Shown here one piece after another: positions 21,252 through 30,010 of a stretch of DNA of 64,000 nt. The stretch is taken from assembly GCA_963740355.1 (NCBI GenBank), contig CAVUDW010000003.1, forward strand, positions 2,240,001 through 2,304,000, read 5' to 3'. The notes below the pieces were generated by a model, which was given only the letters and a program-made list of their open reading frames with translations, made no database searches and had not been told where the DNA came from. Origin of the DNA: an uncultured Gemmatimonadaceae bacterium (lineage in GTDB: Bacteria > Gemmatimonadota > Gemmatimonadetes > Gemmatimonadales > Gemmatimonadaceae). A program made the position numbers and the translations under genes. Every line of letters begins with the position of its first letter. Positions within the stretch are counted from its first letter, which is position 1.

Positions 21252-21709
21252 ACGACGACTGGATCGAGATGCTCTTCGCGCTTCTCGACGCAGAAGCGCG
21301 ATTTGTGGTCGTCGGAGCGCATGCGCTTGCCGTCCATGGTGTACCTCGCGGTACGCAGGATCTGGACGTCTTGATCGAACCGTCGCCAGAGAATGCCCAA
21401 CGCGTGTGGCGTGCGCTCGCGCTTTTCGGAGCGCCACTGACGGCGCTCGGCGTTTCACAAGCAGACTTCGTGCATCCCGACATGGTGATACAGTTCGGGT
21501 TACCGCCGAATCGAATCGATCTGTTGACATCCATCAGTGGGGTGCCGGATTTCGCGACAGTCTGGTCAGGTCGCGTGGTGCACACACTGCGCGGTCGGCT
21601 GGTGCCATTTATTGGCCGCGCCGAGCTGATCTCGAACAAGCGCGCGTCTGGACGACGGAAGGATCTTGCCGACATCGAGGCGCTCGGCGAAGATCCAGAC
21701 GCAACATGA
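21248..21709 (+). CDS. Nucleotidyltransferase-fold protein (DUF6036/AbiEii-like)
   Basis: VVVGAHALAVHGVPRGTQDLDV motif and C-terminal K-x-A-SGRRKDLAD. Confidence 0.8.
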   Translation: MNDDWIEMLFALLDAEARFVVVGAHALAVHGVPRGTQDLDVLIEPSPENAQRVWRALALFGAPLTALGVSQADFVHPDMVIQFGLPPNRIDLLTSISGVPDFATVWSGRVVHTLRGRLVPFIGRAELISNKRASGRRKDLADIEALGEDPDAT

Positions 21710-21766
21710 TCCACCAGAACACGCTCAGTTCCCAGCAAGGCGTCGCTCACATTCCGGCTACCTTGC

Positions 21767-21894
21767 CCCCGAACGCACTCGACGGCGTGTGACAACCGGC
21801 GAATGCGAGGCCGGAGCTTCAGCCGCCGATGATCACATCACACTCCGGCAACTGCTCCAAAAACCCCGCCCCGAACGCACTCGACGGCGTGTGA
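21767..21894. repeat. 26-bp exact direct repeat (duplicated 3' region of the adjacent gene)
   Basis: CCCCGAACGCACTCGACGGCGTGTGA occurs at 21767-21792 and 21869-21894. Confidence 0.85.
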
Positions 21895-22865
21895 TATCCG
21901 GCCGGCGGCGGATTCGTCAGCACGCGGTGTGCACTTTCCACCGCTGACAACGCCGTGAGACGATACCCTTCCGGCGTCTCCGCCGTCCCTTCGATCGTGC
22001 GACCATCGGCGTGTGTGACCCGCCCCCACACATGCATGCGCGCCGTCGCCCGCAACTCAGCGCTCGGCCCATCCACTCGCTGATCGATCTGGCGCTCCAC
22101 GAAGCGCTGCACGAATGGAATCGCCAGCAACGGACTGGCGAAACGCATCATCCGCATCGACTTGCCCGCACTCTTCGGCAACGCGAGATAGGTGTGGATG
22201 TTCGGAATCTTCGTCGACCAGAATGCCGTCGAGACATCACCCCACGGAATGGTGACCGCGAGGCGCGTGCGATCGCGAAATGGAATCGACTGCTGCTTCC
22301 ACCCCACCGGCACCCGGGTCACGCGTCCATCCTTGCGAATGGCCCCACCCTGCCCCGAGCCAAGGACCATCGTCTTCAAGGTGCCGCGGCTGAAACCGCC
22401 GCCCCCGGAGAATGCCAACTCCAGCAGCTGCGCATTGGGCAAGCGCTCCGACAAACGCGCGGCGAGGCAGTCGGTGGGCACCACATCGAAGCCGACGCCA
22501 GGCATCACCACGATCCCCGCCTTCTGTGCCTCGTCGTGCCGCGCGCGGCACCCTTCGAAGACCACGATCTCGCCCGTGATGTCGAGGTAGTGCGTGCCAC
22601 TCGCGAGGCAGGCGCGCACCATCGGCTTGCTGGTGCGAAAGAATGGACCCGCGCAATGCAGCACGACGCGCACCCCGACCAGCGCGGCTGCCAGCGCGCC
22701 TGGATCATCGAGCCCGAAGATCCGCAGCTCCAGCCCATGCGCCGTCGCCATCGGCGCCAGCGTCTCAGCGCGCCGCCCGGCAATGATCGGCCGGATGCCG
22801 CGCCGCAGGCATTCCTCCACGATCAAGCGCCCGGTGTAGCCGTTGGCACCATAGATCAGCAGCAT
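21819..22865 (-). CDS. Saccharopine dehydrogenase-like NADP-binding oxidoreductase
   Basis: Motifs IYGANGYTG, HCAGPF, HYLDITGE and GVGFDVVPTD. Confidence 0.9.
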   Translation of the reverse strand: MLLIYGANGYTGRLIVEECLRRGIRPIIAGRRAETLAPMATAHGLELRIFGLDDPGALAAALVGVRVVLHCAGPFFRTSKPMVRACLASGTHYLDITGEIVVFEGCRARHDEAQKAGIVVMPGVGFDVVPTDCLAARLSERLPNAQLLELAFSGGGGFSRGTLKTMVLGSGQGGAIRKDGRVTRVPVGWKQQSIPFRDRTRLAVTIPWGDVSTAFWSTKIPNIHTYLALPKSAGKSMRMMRFASPLLAIPFVQRFVERQIDQRVDGPSAELRATARMHVWGRVTHADGRTIEGTAETPEGYRLTALSAVESAHRVLTNPPPAGYHTPSSAFGAGFLEQLPECDVIIGG

Positions 22866-23944
22866 CAGACTCCCATGAAGGTCGCGAACCGCGCCAGCTC
22901 ATCCTCGAGCGCACTCCCGAACGCCGCGTCGCGCGGTGCCCGGCCCGACACGAAGCCTACATCAGGAACCAGTGCGCCATCGCGCATCGACAGGTTCGCC
23001 CACCCGATCACCACATCGCGCCAGAGCAGTGGCAGCGCGTAGTAGCCTCGCACCCGCTTCGGCGCTGGTGTGTAGGCCTCGAATCGATAGGCCCAGTCGT
23101 TGAACAGCTCGAAGCGCGTCCGGTCCCAGACGAACGGGTCGAATGGTGCCAGCAATCGCACCACATCCGGCGGCACGGTGCGACGCGTCGAGGGGGCTTC
23201 GTCAACCGGCCAATACCAGTCCACGCCGTCGACGCTCACGTGCGGCAACCGCGCCTTGGCACGTTTCGCCGCTGCGGTGCGCGCTGTCGCCCATTGGGGC
23301 GCGCCGTGGCGCAGTCGAGAGACGAGGCTGGTGAGCATCGACCCCGTCACCGGCGCGTACTTGGCCACCAGCACGTCCACCATCGCATCCATCGCGGCGT
23401 CGGCGTCACTGTGCGCGGGCGTGGGTACACGAGCGCCATAGAGGCGGGTGCCCCCTTCGCGACGCGCCACGCGCAGCATTCCACGATACTGCATCGTGTC
23501 GAGCAGTTGCGTGGTCACATTCGACGTCCCGCCGAACCAGTTGGACGCCTTGCCGTGTGCGAAGTGGGCGTCGACCTCGCGCGGATGCACCACACCACGC
23601 TCCTGCACGAATGCAAGGATGTTGGCGGCGCGCCGTTGCTCCGAGGCCGTCAGCTTCCGCGCTGCGAGGCGTGGATGCATCAGCCCATGCACCTCGCGCG
23701 TCACGAAGCCGTAGTTGATGAAGAAATCTTCTTCCACACCAAGCTTTGCGTAGCGGCGCTCGAGATCACCGGCGGCATATCCGCTCACCCGATGCCGCAG
23801 GGTGAGGTCCTGCGCCCGCGCCGGCGCTCGGATGGGGTCCGCCTGGACGAATCCCATCCGGTCCAGCACCCGACCGAGCGTGGTCGGCGCCGGGAACTGC
23901 CGGCGCAGGGCAAACTGTCGGAGCCGAACGATATCGAGGGCCAT
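22865..23944 (-). CDS. YcaQ/AlkZ-family (HTH_42) crosslink-repair DNA glycosylase
   Basis: Motifs GFVQADPI (QxD), LLAPFDPFVWDR and YRFEAYTPAPKRVRGYY. Confidence 0.85.
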   Translation of the reverse strand: MALDIVRLRQFALRRQFPAPTTLGRVLDRMGFVQADPIRAPARAQDLTLRHRVSGYAAGDLERRYAKLGVEEDFFINYGFVTREVHGLMHPRLAARKLTASEQRRAANILAFVQERGVVHPREVDAHFAHGKASNWFGGTSNVTTQLLDTMQYRGMLRVARREGGTRLYGARVPTPAHSDADAAMDAMVDVLVAKYAPVTGSMLTSLVSRLRHGAPQWATARTAAAKRAKARLPHVSVDGVDWYWPVDEAPSTRRTVPPDVVRLLAPFDPFVWDRTRFELFNDWAYRFEAYTPAPKRVRGYYALPLLWRDVVIGWANLSMRDGALVPDVGFVSGRAPRDAAFGSALEDELARFATFMGV

Positions 23945-24194
23945 GAACCGGCGAAGCTGGCGGGACGGAGCAACGGAAGCAAGGCGATCGCAGGCAGCCA
24001 GCCGAAGACGACCGAGGAATCACGCACATGCTCGGTACTGGCGATCCCACCGCGTACGGCGGGGTAGGACAACACGCCGATGAAGTGACCGTCTGATGGC
24101 GACGCCGTTTGTGCCATGTGCCTCGGGAGAGGCTATCGTTCCAAGAGGAAGTGGGCCTTCGCCCCAGTCGTGCCTCCACCTTCGTGTTTTCCCG

Positions 24195-24752
24195 ATGCGC
24201 TCCCTGACCGTCGCTGCACTCCTGCTCGTGACCGCCCCTTGCCTCGCCGCACAGGCGGCCGACGGTGCCGCGCGCACCACGCCCGTCGAGAAGCGCACGG
24301 CGATCACGATCAACCCGTTCGCCGCCGTGGCGGGCTACCTCACCGGCGACTTCGAGCGGGCGGTGTCTCCGGCTGTCACGCTTGGCGTGGGCGGCGGCTT
24401 CGCCTTCGGAAACGACTTCGACGACTATCGCGCGCTCGACGCCAAGGTCCGCTACTACCCGAACGAGCGCGTCCTGCGAGGGTTCGCCGTTGGCGGTTCG
24501 CTCGGCGTCGTCTCCGCCACGGGATACGATTGCTGCAGCGCTGGCTCCATCAACAGCGAGTTGGTGCGCTTCACGCGCCCCACGTTCGGCACGGAACTCA
24601 GCTATCAGTGGCTGCTCGGTCCGCATGATCGCTTCGTGACGGTGCTCGGGTTCGGCGTCAAGCGATTGTTCGGCTCCGAAGCCAACATCGATCAGGTCAA
24701 CGGGCAATTCATCCCGACCGCACGCGTCAACATCGGCTTCGCCTTTCCATGA
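24195..24752 (+). CDS. Secreted putative small outer-membrane beta-barrel protein
   Basis: Signal peptide MRSLTVAALLL; alternating amphipathic strands; ends NIGFAFP. Confidence 0.65.
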   Translation: MRSLTVAALLLVTAPCLAAQAADGAARTTPVEKRTAITINPFAAVAGYLTGDFERAVSPAVTLGVGGGFAFGNDFDDYRALDAKVRYYPNERVLRGFAVGGSLGVVSATGYDCCSAGSINSELVRFTRPTFGTELSYQWLLGPHDRFVTVLGFGVKRLFGSEANIDQVNGQFIPTARVNIGFAFP

Positions 24753-26407
24753 TGGTTCGTTCGTCTCCCGCGCGCCGCATCGCTCGGCCGCACGCCCTGA
24801 CGGTGCTCGCCGCACTGCTTGCCCTCTCCTCCGCCTCGCCGCTCGCGGTCTCGGCGCAGGTGATTCCTCGACCGATCCGGCCGACACCCGCCCCCGCCAC
24901 CACACCTGCTGCGGCCGCCGGGCCCGTGCGCGCCCGCATCGTGGGCTCGGTCTGGGATAGTGTCAGTATGCGACCTCTCGACGGGGCGCTGGTGCGGATC
25001 GTGCGAGCGGACAATCCGGCCACCGGCCGCAGCGCGACCACCAGCCTCACCGGACGCTTCGCATTCGATACCGTCGGCGAAGGCAGCTGGCTCGCAACGT
25101 TCATTCATCCGGTGCTCGACTCGCTGCGCCTCGAACCCGGCATCCTGCGCATCGACATCACCGAGACGGGCGAGATTCGTGTGCCGCTCTCCACCCCCTC
25201 GCCACGCACGATGATCACGACGACCTGCCGCGCGGTGCTGTCCAACGACCTCGGCATGATCGTGGGCGAAGTGCGTCGCGGTGACGATGATTCGCCGATC
25301 GTGGGCGCCTCGGTGTTCACCGAATGGCCGGAGTGGGTGCTGCAGCGTGGTCGCATGGCCACCGAGATGAAGCGGATCACCGTGCGCACTGACTCACTGG
25401 GTCGGTACGCGCTCTGTGGCGTGCCCGCCAACAGCGGCCTGCGCGCCTACGCCTGGAGCGGTGCCGACACCACCGGCGCGATCGAGGTTGCGGTGCCAGA
25501 AGCAGGCTACGCGCTGCAGGATTTTGCGATCGGCGTCGTGGAGCACGTCGCGCTGCAAGCCGATTCGATCGCGCCGACGACAGTACCCGCCACGCCGGCG
25601 GCAGAGGCGCCAGCACCGGCCACCCGCCCGGCGTCTGGCAGCGCCACCGCTGCACTGCCAGTCGCGCGCGTGGTGCGACGCGGCAAGGCGATCGTGCGCG
25701 GCTACGTGCGCACCATCGACGGGCGCCCGCTGGCCAATGCCATCGTACGCGTGCTGGGCAGCGGCACGCAGGTGCGCTCGAACACGGAAGGGGCGTTCGC
25801 CATCGTCGACGCCGGCTCCGGCACGCAGAGTGTCGAGGCGCGCGCCATCGGGTACGCGCCCTATCGCCTCGCCGTGCGGCTGCGCGACGGTGAAGCGACA
25901 CAGGTGATGTTGCGCCTCGCCGTGCAGCGGGTGCAGCTCGACACAGTGCGTGTGGTGGCGGGAAAGACTCTGGCGCCGGAAGTGCGCGCCATCGAGCGAC
26001 GGATGCGGAGCGGCGTCGGCACCATTCTCGACGCACAGACGGTCCGCGAGCGCGCCACACTCTTCGTCACCGACGCACTGCGCGGCATGCCGGGGGTCAC
26101 CATCTCGCAGTCGGGTGGCAATGGTCAGGAAGTGTTGCTGCGGCGCAATGCCGGTGCCGATGGTTCGTACTGTCCTGCCAACATCCAGGTGGACGGCATT
26201 CGCATGCCGCCATCAGCCAGCGCCAACGCCACGCTCGACGACTACGTGAAGATCGCCGACATCGCCGCCATCGAAGTGTACGCCCGGGTCAGCCAGGTGC
26301 CGCCGGAGTTCTATTCGGCCGACAACCAGTGCGGCGTGATCGTCGTCTGGACCCGACGTGGCACACAAGGCGTGATGCCGCAGAAGCCAAAGCCCGCGGC
26401 ACCCTGA
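24749..26407 (+). CDS. Secreted protein with carboxypeptidase-regulatory-like domains and a C-terminal TonB-receptor plug-like domain
   Basis: Repeated GxVxD...PL.GA.V domains. Plug-like DALRGMPGV...IAAIEVY...CGVIVVWT. No barrel follows. Confidence 0.8.
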   Translation: MMVRSSPARRIARPHALTVLAALLALSSASPLAVSAQVIPRPIRPTPAPATTPAAAAGPVRARIVGSVWDSVSMRPLDGALVRIVRADNPATGRSATTSLTGRFAFDTVGEGSWLATFIHPVLDSLRLEPGILRIDITETGEIRVPLSTPSPRTMITTTCRAVLSNDLGMIVGEVRRGDDDSPIVGASVFTEWPEWVLQRGRMATEMKRITVRTDSLGRYALCGVPANSGLRAYAWSGADTTGAIEVAVPEAGYALQDFAIGVVEHVALQADSIAPTTVPATPAAEAPAPATRPASGSATAALPVARVVRRGKAIVRGYVRTIDGRPLANAIVRVLGSGTQVRSNTEGAFAIVDAGSGTQSVEARAIGYAPYRLAVRLRDGEATQVMLRLAVQRVQLDTVRVVAGKTLAPEVRAIERRMRSGVGTILDAQTVRERATLFVTDALRGMPGVTISQSGGNGQEVLLRRNAGADGSYCPANIQVDGIRMPPSASANATLDDYVKIADIAAIEVYARVSQVPPEFYSADNQCGVIVVWTRRGTQGVMPQKPKPAAP

Positions 26408-26418
26408 CGTCACGGGTT

Positions 26419-26466
26419 GAACGCGAAACGCGCGCGGCTCAGGTGAGTCGCGCGCGTTTCTCGTTC
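26419..26466. terminator. Strong hairpin between convergent genes
   Basis: GAACG-C-GAAACGCGCGCGGCTC pairs with GAGTCGCGCGCGTTTC-T-CGTTC. Confidence 0.65.
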
Positions 26467-26481
26467 GCCATGCTGGGCGTG

Positions 26482-27306
26482 CTATTTCTTGCGCAACCGC
26501 TTCAACTCCGCCTCGGAAACGATGAAGCCGAAGCCGGGCCACCCACGGGATGCGACCGCACGCTCGAACGCCGCCTTCGCATTCGCCGTATCGCCACGCG
26601 CCATGTACCAGTCGCCCAGACCGTAATTCAGAGTAGCGACCTGCACGTCGGTGGTATCACCCGGCGCAAACAGCGTCTCGGGTGTCAGTTCGCCGCGATA
26701 CAGCTTGAGGCGCGTGACATAGGCGTATCCCGGCGGCGCCTGCAGCGTGTCTGGCCGACGCGCCAGCATGGCGGTCGCCTCTGCCCCGCGGCCGGCACGT
26801 GAGAGCGACATCCAAAGCCAATCGGTGCTGCCGGCACGTTCACCACCGTCCGGTGCGCGGGGCTGGGCACGCGCGAACATTTCCGCCGCGCCATTGAAGT
26901 CGCCCTCGATGAAACGCAATACGCCGAAATGGAAGAGAATGCCGTAGTTCGTGCTGTCGAGTGCAAAGCCGCGCGTGAGGTCGGCACGCGCCTTGGCAAA
27001 CTCGCGCACCGAGATGTAGCGATGCCCGCGCCAGCGTAGCAGCATCACATCGTTCGGCGCGATCTTCAGTCCATCGGTGAGTGTGGCAATCGCTTCACGA
27101 AACTGCCGCGCCCCCGACTGTGCGACCGCCAGCGCGATGAACTTTTGCGGATTTCGCCCATCGGCCGCCAGCGCCGCCTGGGCGCGGGCGATCGGACCGG
27201 TGTCGTTCTGTGCGCGATACGCGATACCGGCAGGCGAGGTGTACTGTACCGACTGCGCAGCCGCCGGGATGGCCGCGAACGCCAGGGCGACGAGTCCTCG
27301 CATCAT
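26482..27306 (-). CDS. Secreted tetratricopeptide-repeat protein
   Basis: Signal peptide MMRGLVALAFAAIPAAA followed by TPR-like helices. The longer track ORF extends antisense through the MATE gene. Confidence 0.8.
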   Translation of the reverse strand: MMRGLVALAFAAIPAAAQSVQYTSPAGIAYRAQNDTGPIARAQAALAADGRNPQKFIALAVAQSGARQFREAIATLTDGLKIAPNDVMLLRWRGHRYISVREFAKARADLTRGFALDSTNYGILFHFGVLRFIEGDFNGAAEMFARAQPRAPDGGERAGSTDWLWMSLSRAGRGAEATAMLARRPDTLQAPPGYAYVTRLKLYRGELTPETLFAPGDTTDVQVATLNYGLGDWYMARGDTANAKAAFERAVASRGWPGFGFIVSEAELKRLRKK

Positions 27307-27418
27307 GACACGAACGTTCCGGCCGCAGGGCATCCGGGTAACTCCTGTAGGGGGGACCACCGGCGGCGATCTCCGCCACCCGCTGTGTCCCGTCAAGCTA
27401 CCGCCGCGACGACACATC

Positions 27419-27447
27419 TTGACCAATCCGACCGACGTCGGTACGGT
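27419..27447 (+). promoter_or_regulatory. Sigma70-type promoter with overlapping palindrome
   Basis: TTGACC-N17-TACGGT. A perfect palindrome ACCGACGTCGGT lies at 27431-27442. Confidence 0.6.
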
Positions 27448-27510
27448 TGGAGACCACGCAGCTGAATCTGCGTGCGGTCCGGTTCGCCCCCAAGCCTCTC
27501 TGGTGCTTCG

Positions 27511-27615
27511 ATGATCACCCTCCGAATGCTGACGCTCCCCCCCGTCCCGCCGGTAACGCCGGCCACGGTGGTTGTCGGCACGCATGGATTCATCGACGCA
27601 GTGCGCATCGGGTAG
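27511..27615 (+). CDS. Putative leader peptide (34 aa) of the MATE attenuator
   Basis: MITLRMLTLPPVPPVTPATVVVGTHGFIDAVRIG*, located between the promoter and the terminator hairpin. SD is weak. Confidence 0.5.
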   Translation: MITLRMLTLPPVPPVTPATVVVGTHGFIDAVRIG

Positions 27616-27648
27616 AAGCCGCGAACAGCTCGCCGCTCCTCGCTTCCG

Positions 27649-27691
27649 AACGCCCCGCCTGCCTCGATCCGCAGTAGGGGCGTTTTTCATT
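27649..27691 (+). terminator. Intrinsic terminator/attenuator in the MATE 5' leader
   Basis: AACGCCCC..CTGC-loop-GCAG..GGGGCGTT followed by TTTCATT, just upstream of the MATE RBS. Confidence 0.75.
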
Positions 27692-27708
27692 CGGTGAACG
27701 AGGTCCGC

Positions 27709-29157
27709 ATGACCGGTACGACAGACAGCAGCACAGAAGCCACCGTACACAGCGCCACGCCCGACTCGACCTTCGGCCGAATCGTGGGTGACGTGCGCGA
27801 CGCGCTGCGCGGACGGCAGCACGACTACACCAGCGGCCCGATCGGACAGGCGATCTTCCTGCTCGCGATCCCGATGGTGCTGGAGATGATCATGGAGAGC
27901 CTGTTCGCGCTCTCCGACGTGTTTTTCGTGGCGCGCCTCGGCGCCGCCGCCGTGGCGACCGTCGGGCTGACGGAATCGATGATGATCGTGGTCTACACAC
28001 TGGCGATGGGACTGTCCATCTCCGGTACCGCGGTCGTCGCTCGACGCATCGGCGAGAAGGATGCCGATGGCGCAGGACGCGCGGCTGTCCAGGCAATTCT
28101 GCTCGGCGCGATCGTCGCATCGTTGATCGCGATCACGGGTGCGGTGCTGGCACCGACGCTGCTTCGTGCAATGGGCGCGGGTGACGATGTGATCGCCACC
28201 GGCACGACGTTCGCCCGCGTCATGCTGGGCGGCAGCGTGACGGCGTTCCTGCTCTTCGTGGTCAACGCCACCTTCCGTGGCGCCGGCGACGCCGCAGTCT
28301 CGATGCGTGTCATGTGGCTCGCCAACGGTATCAACATCGCCCTTGGCCCGATGCTGATTTTTGGCATTGGGCCATTTCCGAAGCTGGGCGTGACTGGTGC
28401 CGCGCTTGCAACCACGATCGGCCGCGGCACCGGCCTGCTCTACGCGTTGTATCGATTGGTGCGCGGCAGCGGCAACCTCCGCGTGCGTCGTGCGCATGTC
28501 GTCTTCGAACCGCGCACGATGCTGAGCATGTTGCGCCTATCGGTGAATGGCACCTTCCAGGTGCTGGTGGGAAGCCTCAGCTGGATCCTGCTCGTGCGCC
28601 TGATGGCGGTGTTCGGCAGCGCAGCCATGGCAGGATACACAATCGCGGTTCGGATGGTGATGTTCGCGATGCTGCCCGCATGGGGACTTGGCAATGCCGC
28701 CGCCACCATGGTCGGACAGGCACTCGGCGCCGGAAATCCCGATCGCGCAGAGAAGGCGGTGTGGACTGCGGCGCGCTACAACGTGGCATTCCTTGGCCTG
28801 ATGGGGCTGATCTTCGGGCTCTTCGCCCCGGCAATCGTGAGCGGTTTCACGTCGGATCCCGCCGTCTCATCGGTGGCCGTGGACGGCCTGCGCCTGATGG
28901 CGTTCGGCTTTCCACTCTTCGCCTTCGGCATGGTGCTGACGCAGTCGTTCAACGGCGCTGGCGATACAGCCACACCGACACGCATCAACATCGGGGTCTT
29001 CTGGGTGTTCGAGATCCCGCTCGCCTGGTTCCTGGCGAAACACACCGCGCTCGGCTTCCACGCCATCTTCATCTCGATTTCCGTCGCCTACTCACTGCTC
29101 GCCGCCGTCAGCTACACCATGTTCCGCCGAGGCACCTGGCGAATCAGGAAGGTCTAG
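27709..29157 (+). CDS. MATE family efflux transporter
   Basis: Many TM helices; LAIPMVLEM, FRGAGD, MVGQALGAG and FNGAGDT. ATG 27709 follows GAGG. Confidence 0.93.
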   Translation: MTGTTDSSTEATVHSATPDSTFGRIVGDVRDALRGRQHDYTSGPIGQAIFLLAIPMVLEMIMESLFALSDVFFVARLGAAAVATVGLTESMMIVVYTLAMGLSISGTAVVARRIGEKDADGAGRAAVQAILLGAIVASLIAITGAVLAPTLLRAMGAGDDVIATGTTFARVMLGGSVTAFLLFVVNATFRGAGDAAVSMRVMWLANGINIALGPMLIFGIGPFPKLGVTGAALATTIGRGTGLLYALYRLVRGSGNLRVRRAHVVFEPRTMLSMLRLSVNGTFQVLVGSLSWILLVRLMAVFGSAAMAGYTIAVRMVMFAMLPAWGLGNAAATMVGQALGAGNPDRAEKAVWTAARYNVAFLGLMGLIFGLFAPAIVSGFTSDPAVSSVAVDGLRLMAFGFPLFAFGMVLTQSFNGAGDTATPTRINIGVFWVFEIPLAWFLAKHTALGFHAIFISISVAYSLLAAVSYTMFRRGTWRIRKV

Positions 29158-29162
29158 GCGCC

Positions 29163-29393
29163 GTCGGCGAGGGTGAAAGTCGAAACGTACCCGCAGAGCG
29201 CACGACGCCGGCCGAGGCACCTGGCGAATTCGCAAGGTGTAGCCGCGGTCGGTGAAGGAGTTAGTCGAAGCTCACGCACAGACAGAGACGACGCCGGCCG
29301 AGGCGCCCGCAGGCCAAGGCGGAAACCGCAGCAATACCGGGAGGTATTGCGAGGATTTCCAACGCCGGCATGCGGGATGCCCCGGCCGGCGTC
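29163..29393. repeat. Degenerate ~86-bp tandem duplication plus ~104-bp imperfect palindrome (REP/MITE-like)
   Basis: ACGACGCCGGCCGAGGC is exact at 29202-29218 and 29288-29304. A long hairpin spans 29290-29393, centred on GCAATACC-GGGA-GGTATTGC. Confidence 0.7.
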
Positions 29394-29865
29394 ACGCAGG
29401 GGGGATGCGGTCGAGATGCCAGGCAGTGTGTGTCCACTGCCCGTTCTTCCGCACGAACACTTCGGTACCGCGACCCGACGTCTCGCTCACGGTACCATCC
29501 TTCCCCTTCAACGCCAGGTGAAACGTGGTGTAGAAAATGACGACGTCGCCGTACTGCTGGAACTCGGTGCGCGGAAAATGCAGCGCTGCGATCGTCTGGC
29601 CAGCACCGGCCAACTCCGTCATCTGTCGCAGCGTCGCAGCGCGGTCGCTCCACGTCCCACCATCCCAGCCCATCGCCAGCAGTTCGCCGGGTACGACCTG
29701 TTGAAATCCAGCCTGATCGTTGCTGAGGTAGGTACGCCAGGCGCGTTCGCGCAGCGCCAGCAGTTCCGTCTTCGTGGCGGCATCCGGCTGCGGTCCGAAC
29801 GACTGTGCGGACATCGTGGAGACGGCACCCATCATGGCCAGCGCGGCCCATCCAAACACTCGCAT
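29392..29865 (-). CDS. Secreted NTF2-like (DUF4440) protein
   Basis: Signal peptide; C-terminal GRGTEVFVRKNGQW...WH typical of the SnoaL/NTF2 fold. Confidence 0.8.
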   Translation of the reverse strand: MRVFGWAALAMMGAVSTMSAQSFGPQPDAATKTELLALRERAWRTYLSNDQAGFQQVVPGELLAMGWDGGTWSDRAATLRQMTELAGAGQTIAALHFPRTEFQQYGDVVIFYTTFHLALKGKDGTVSETSGRGTEVFVRKNGQWTHTAWHLDRIPPA

Positions 29866-30010
29866 ATGTGATCCTCGACGTGAGAACGGTGGTCCAACGT
29901 GCATCACGGGTATGCGCAGGGCAACGGCCTTTCCCGACATGCGGTCGAGGCCAAAGCCCCGCCGCACTCCGGACTTCCGTCCGCGTCGGGATAGACGTTG
30001 CTTGCTCTGC

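Noticed and set aside
27307..28497. Long N-terminal extension of the 671-aa ORF 26482..28497
   Set aside because: It is antisense to the MATE gene and its leader. The real TPR protein begins with a signal peptide at 27306.
29163..29304. Possible mini-CRISPR array
   Set aside because: There are only two 17-bp copies, the intervening sequences resemble each other, and no cas genes are present.
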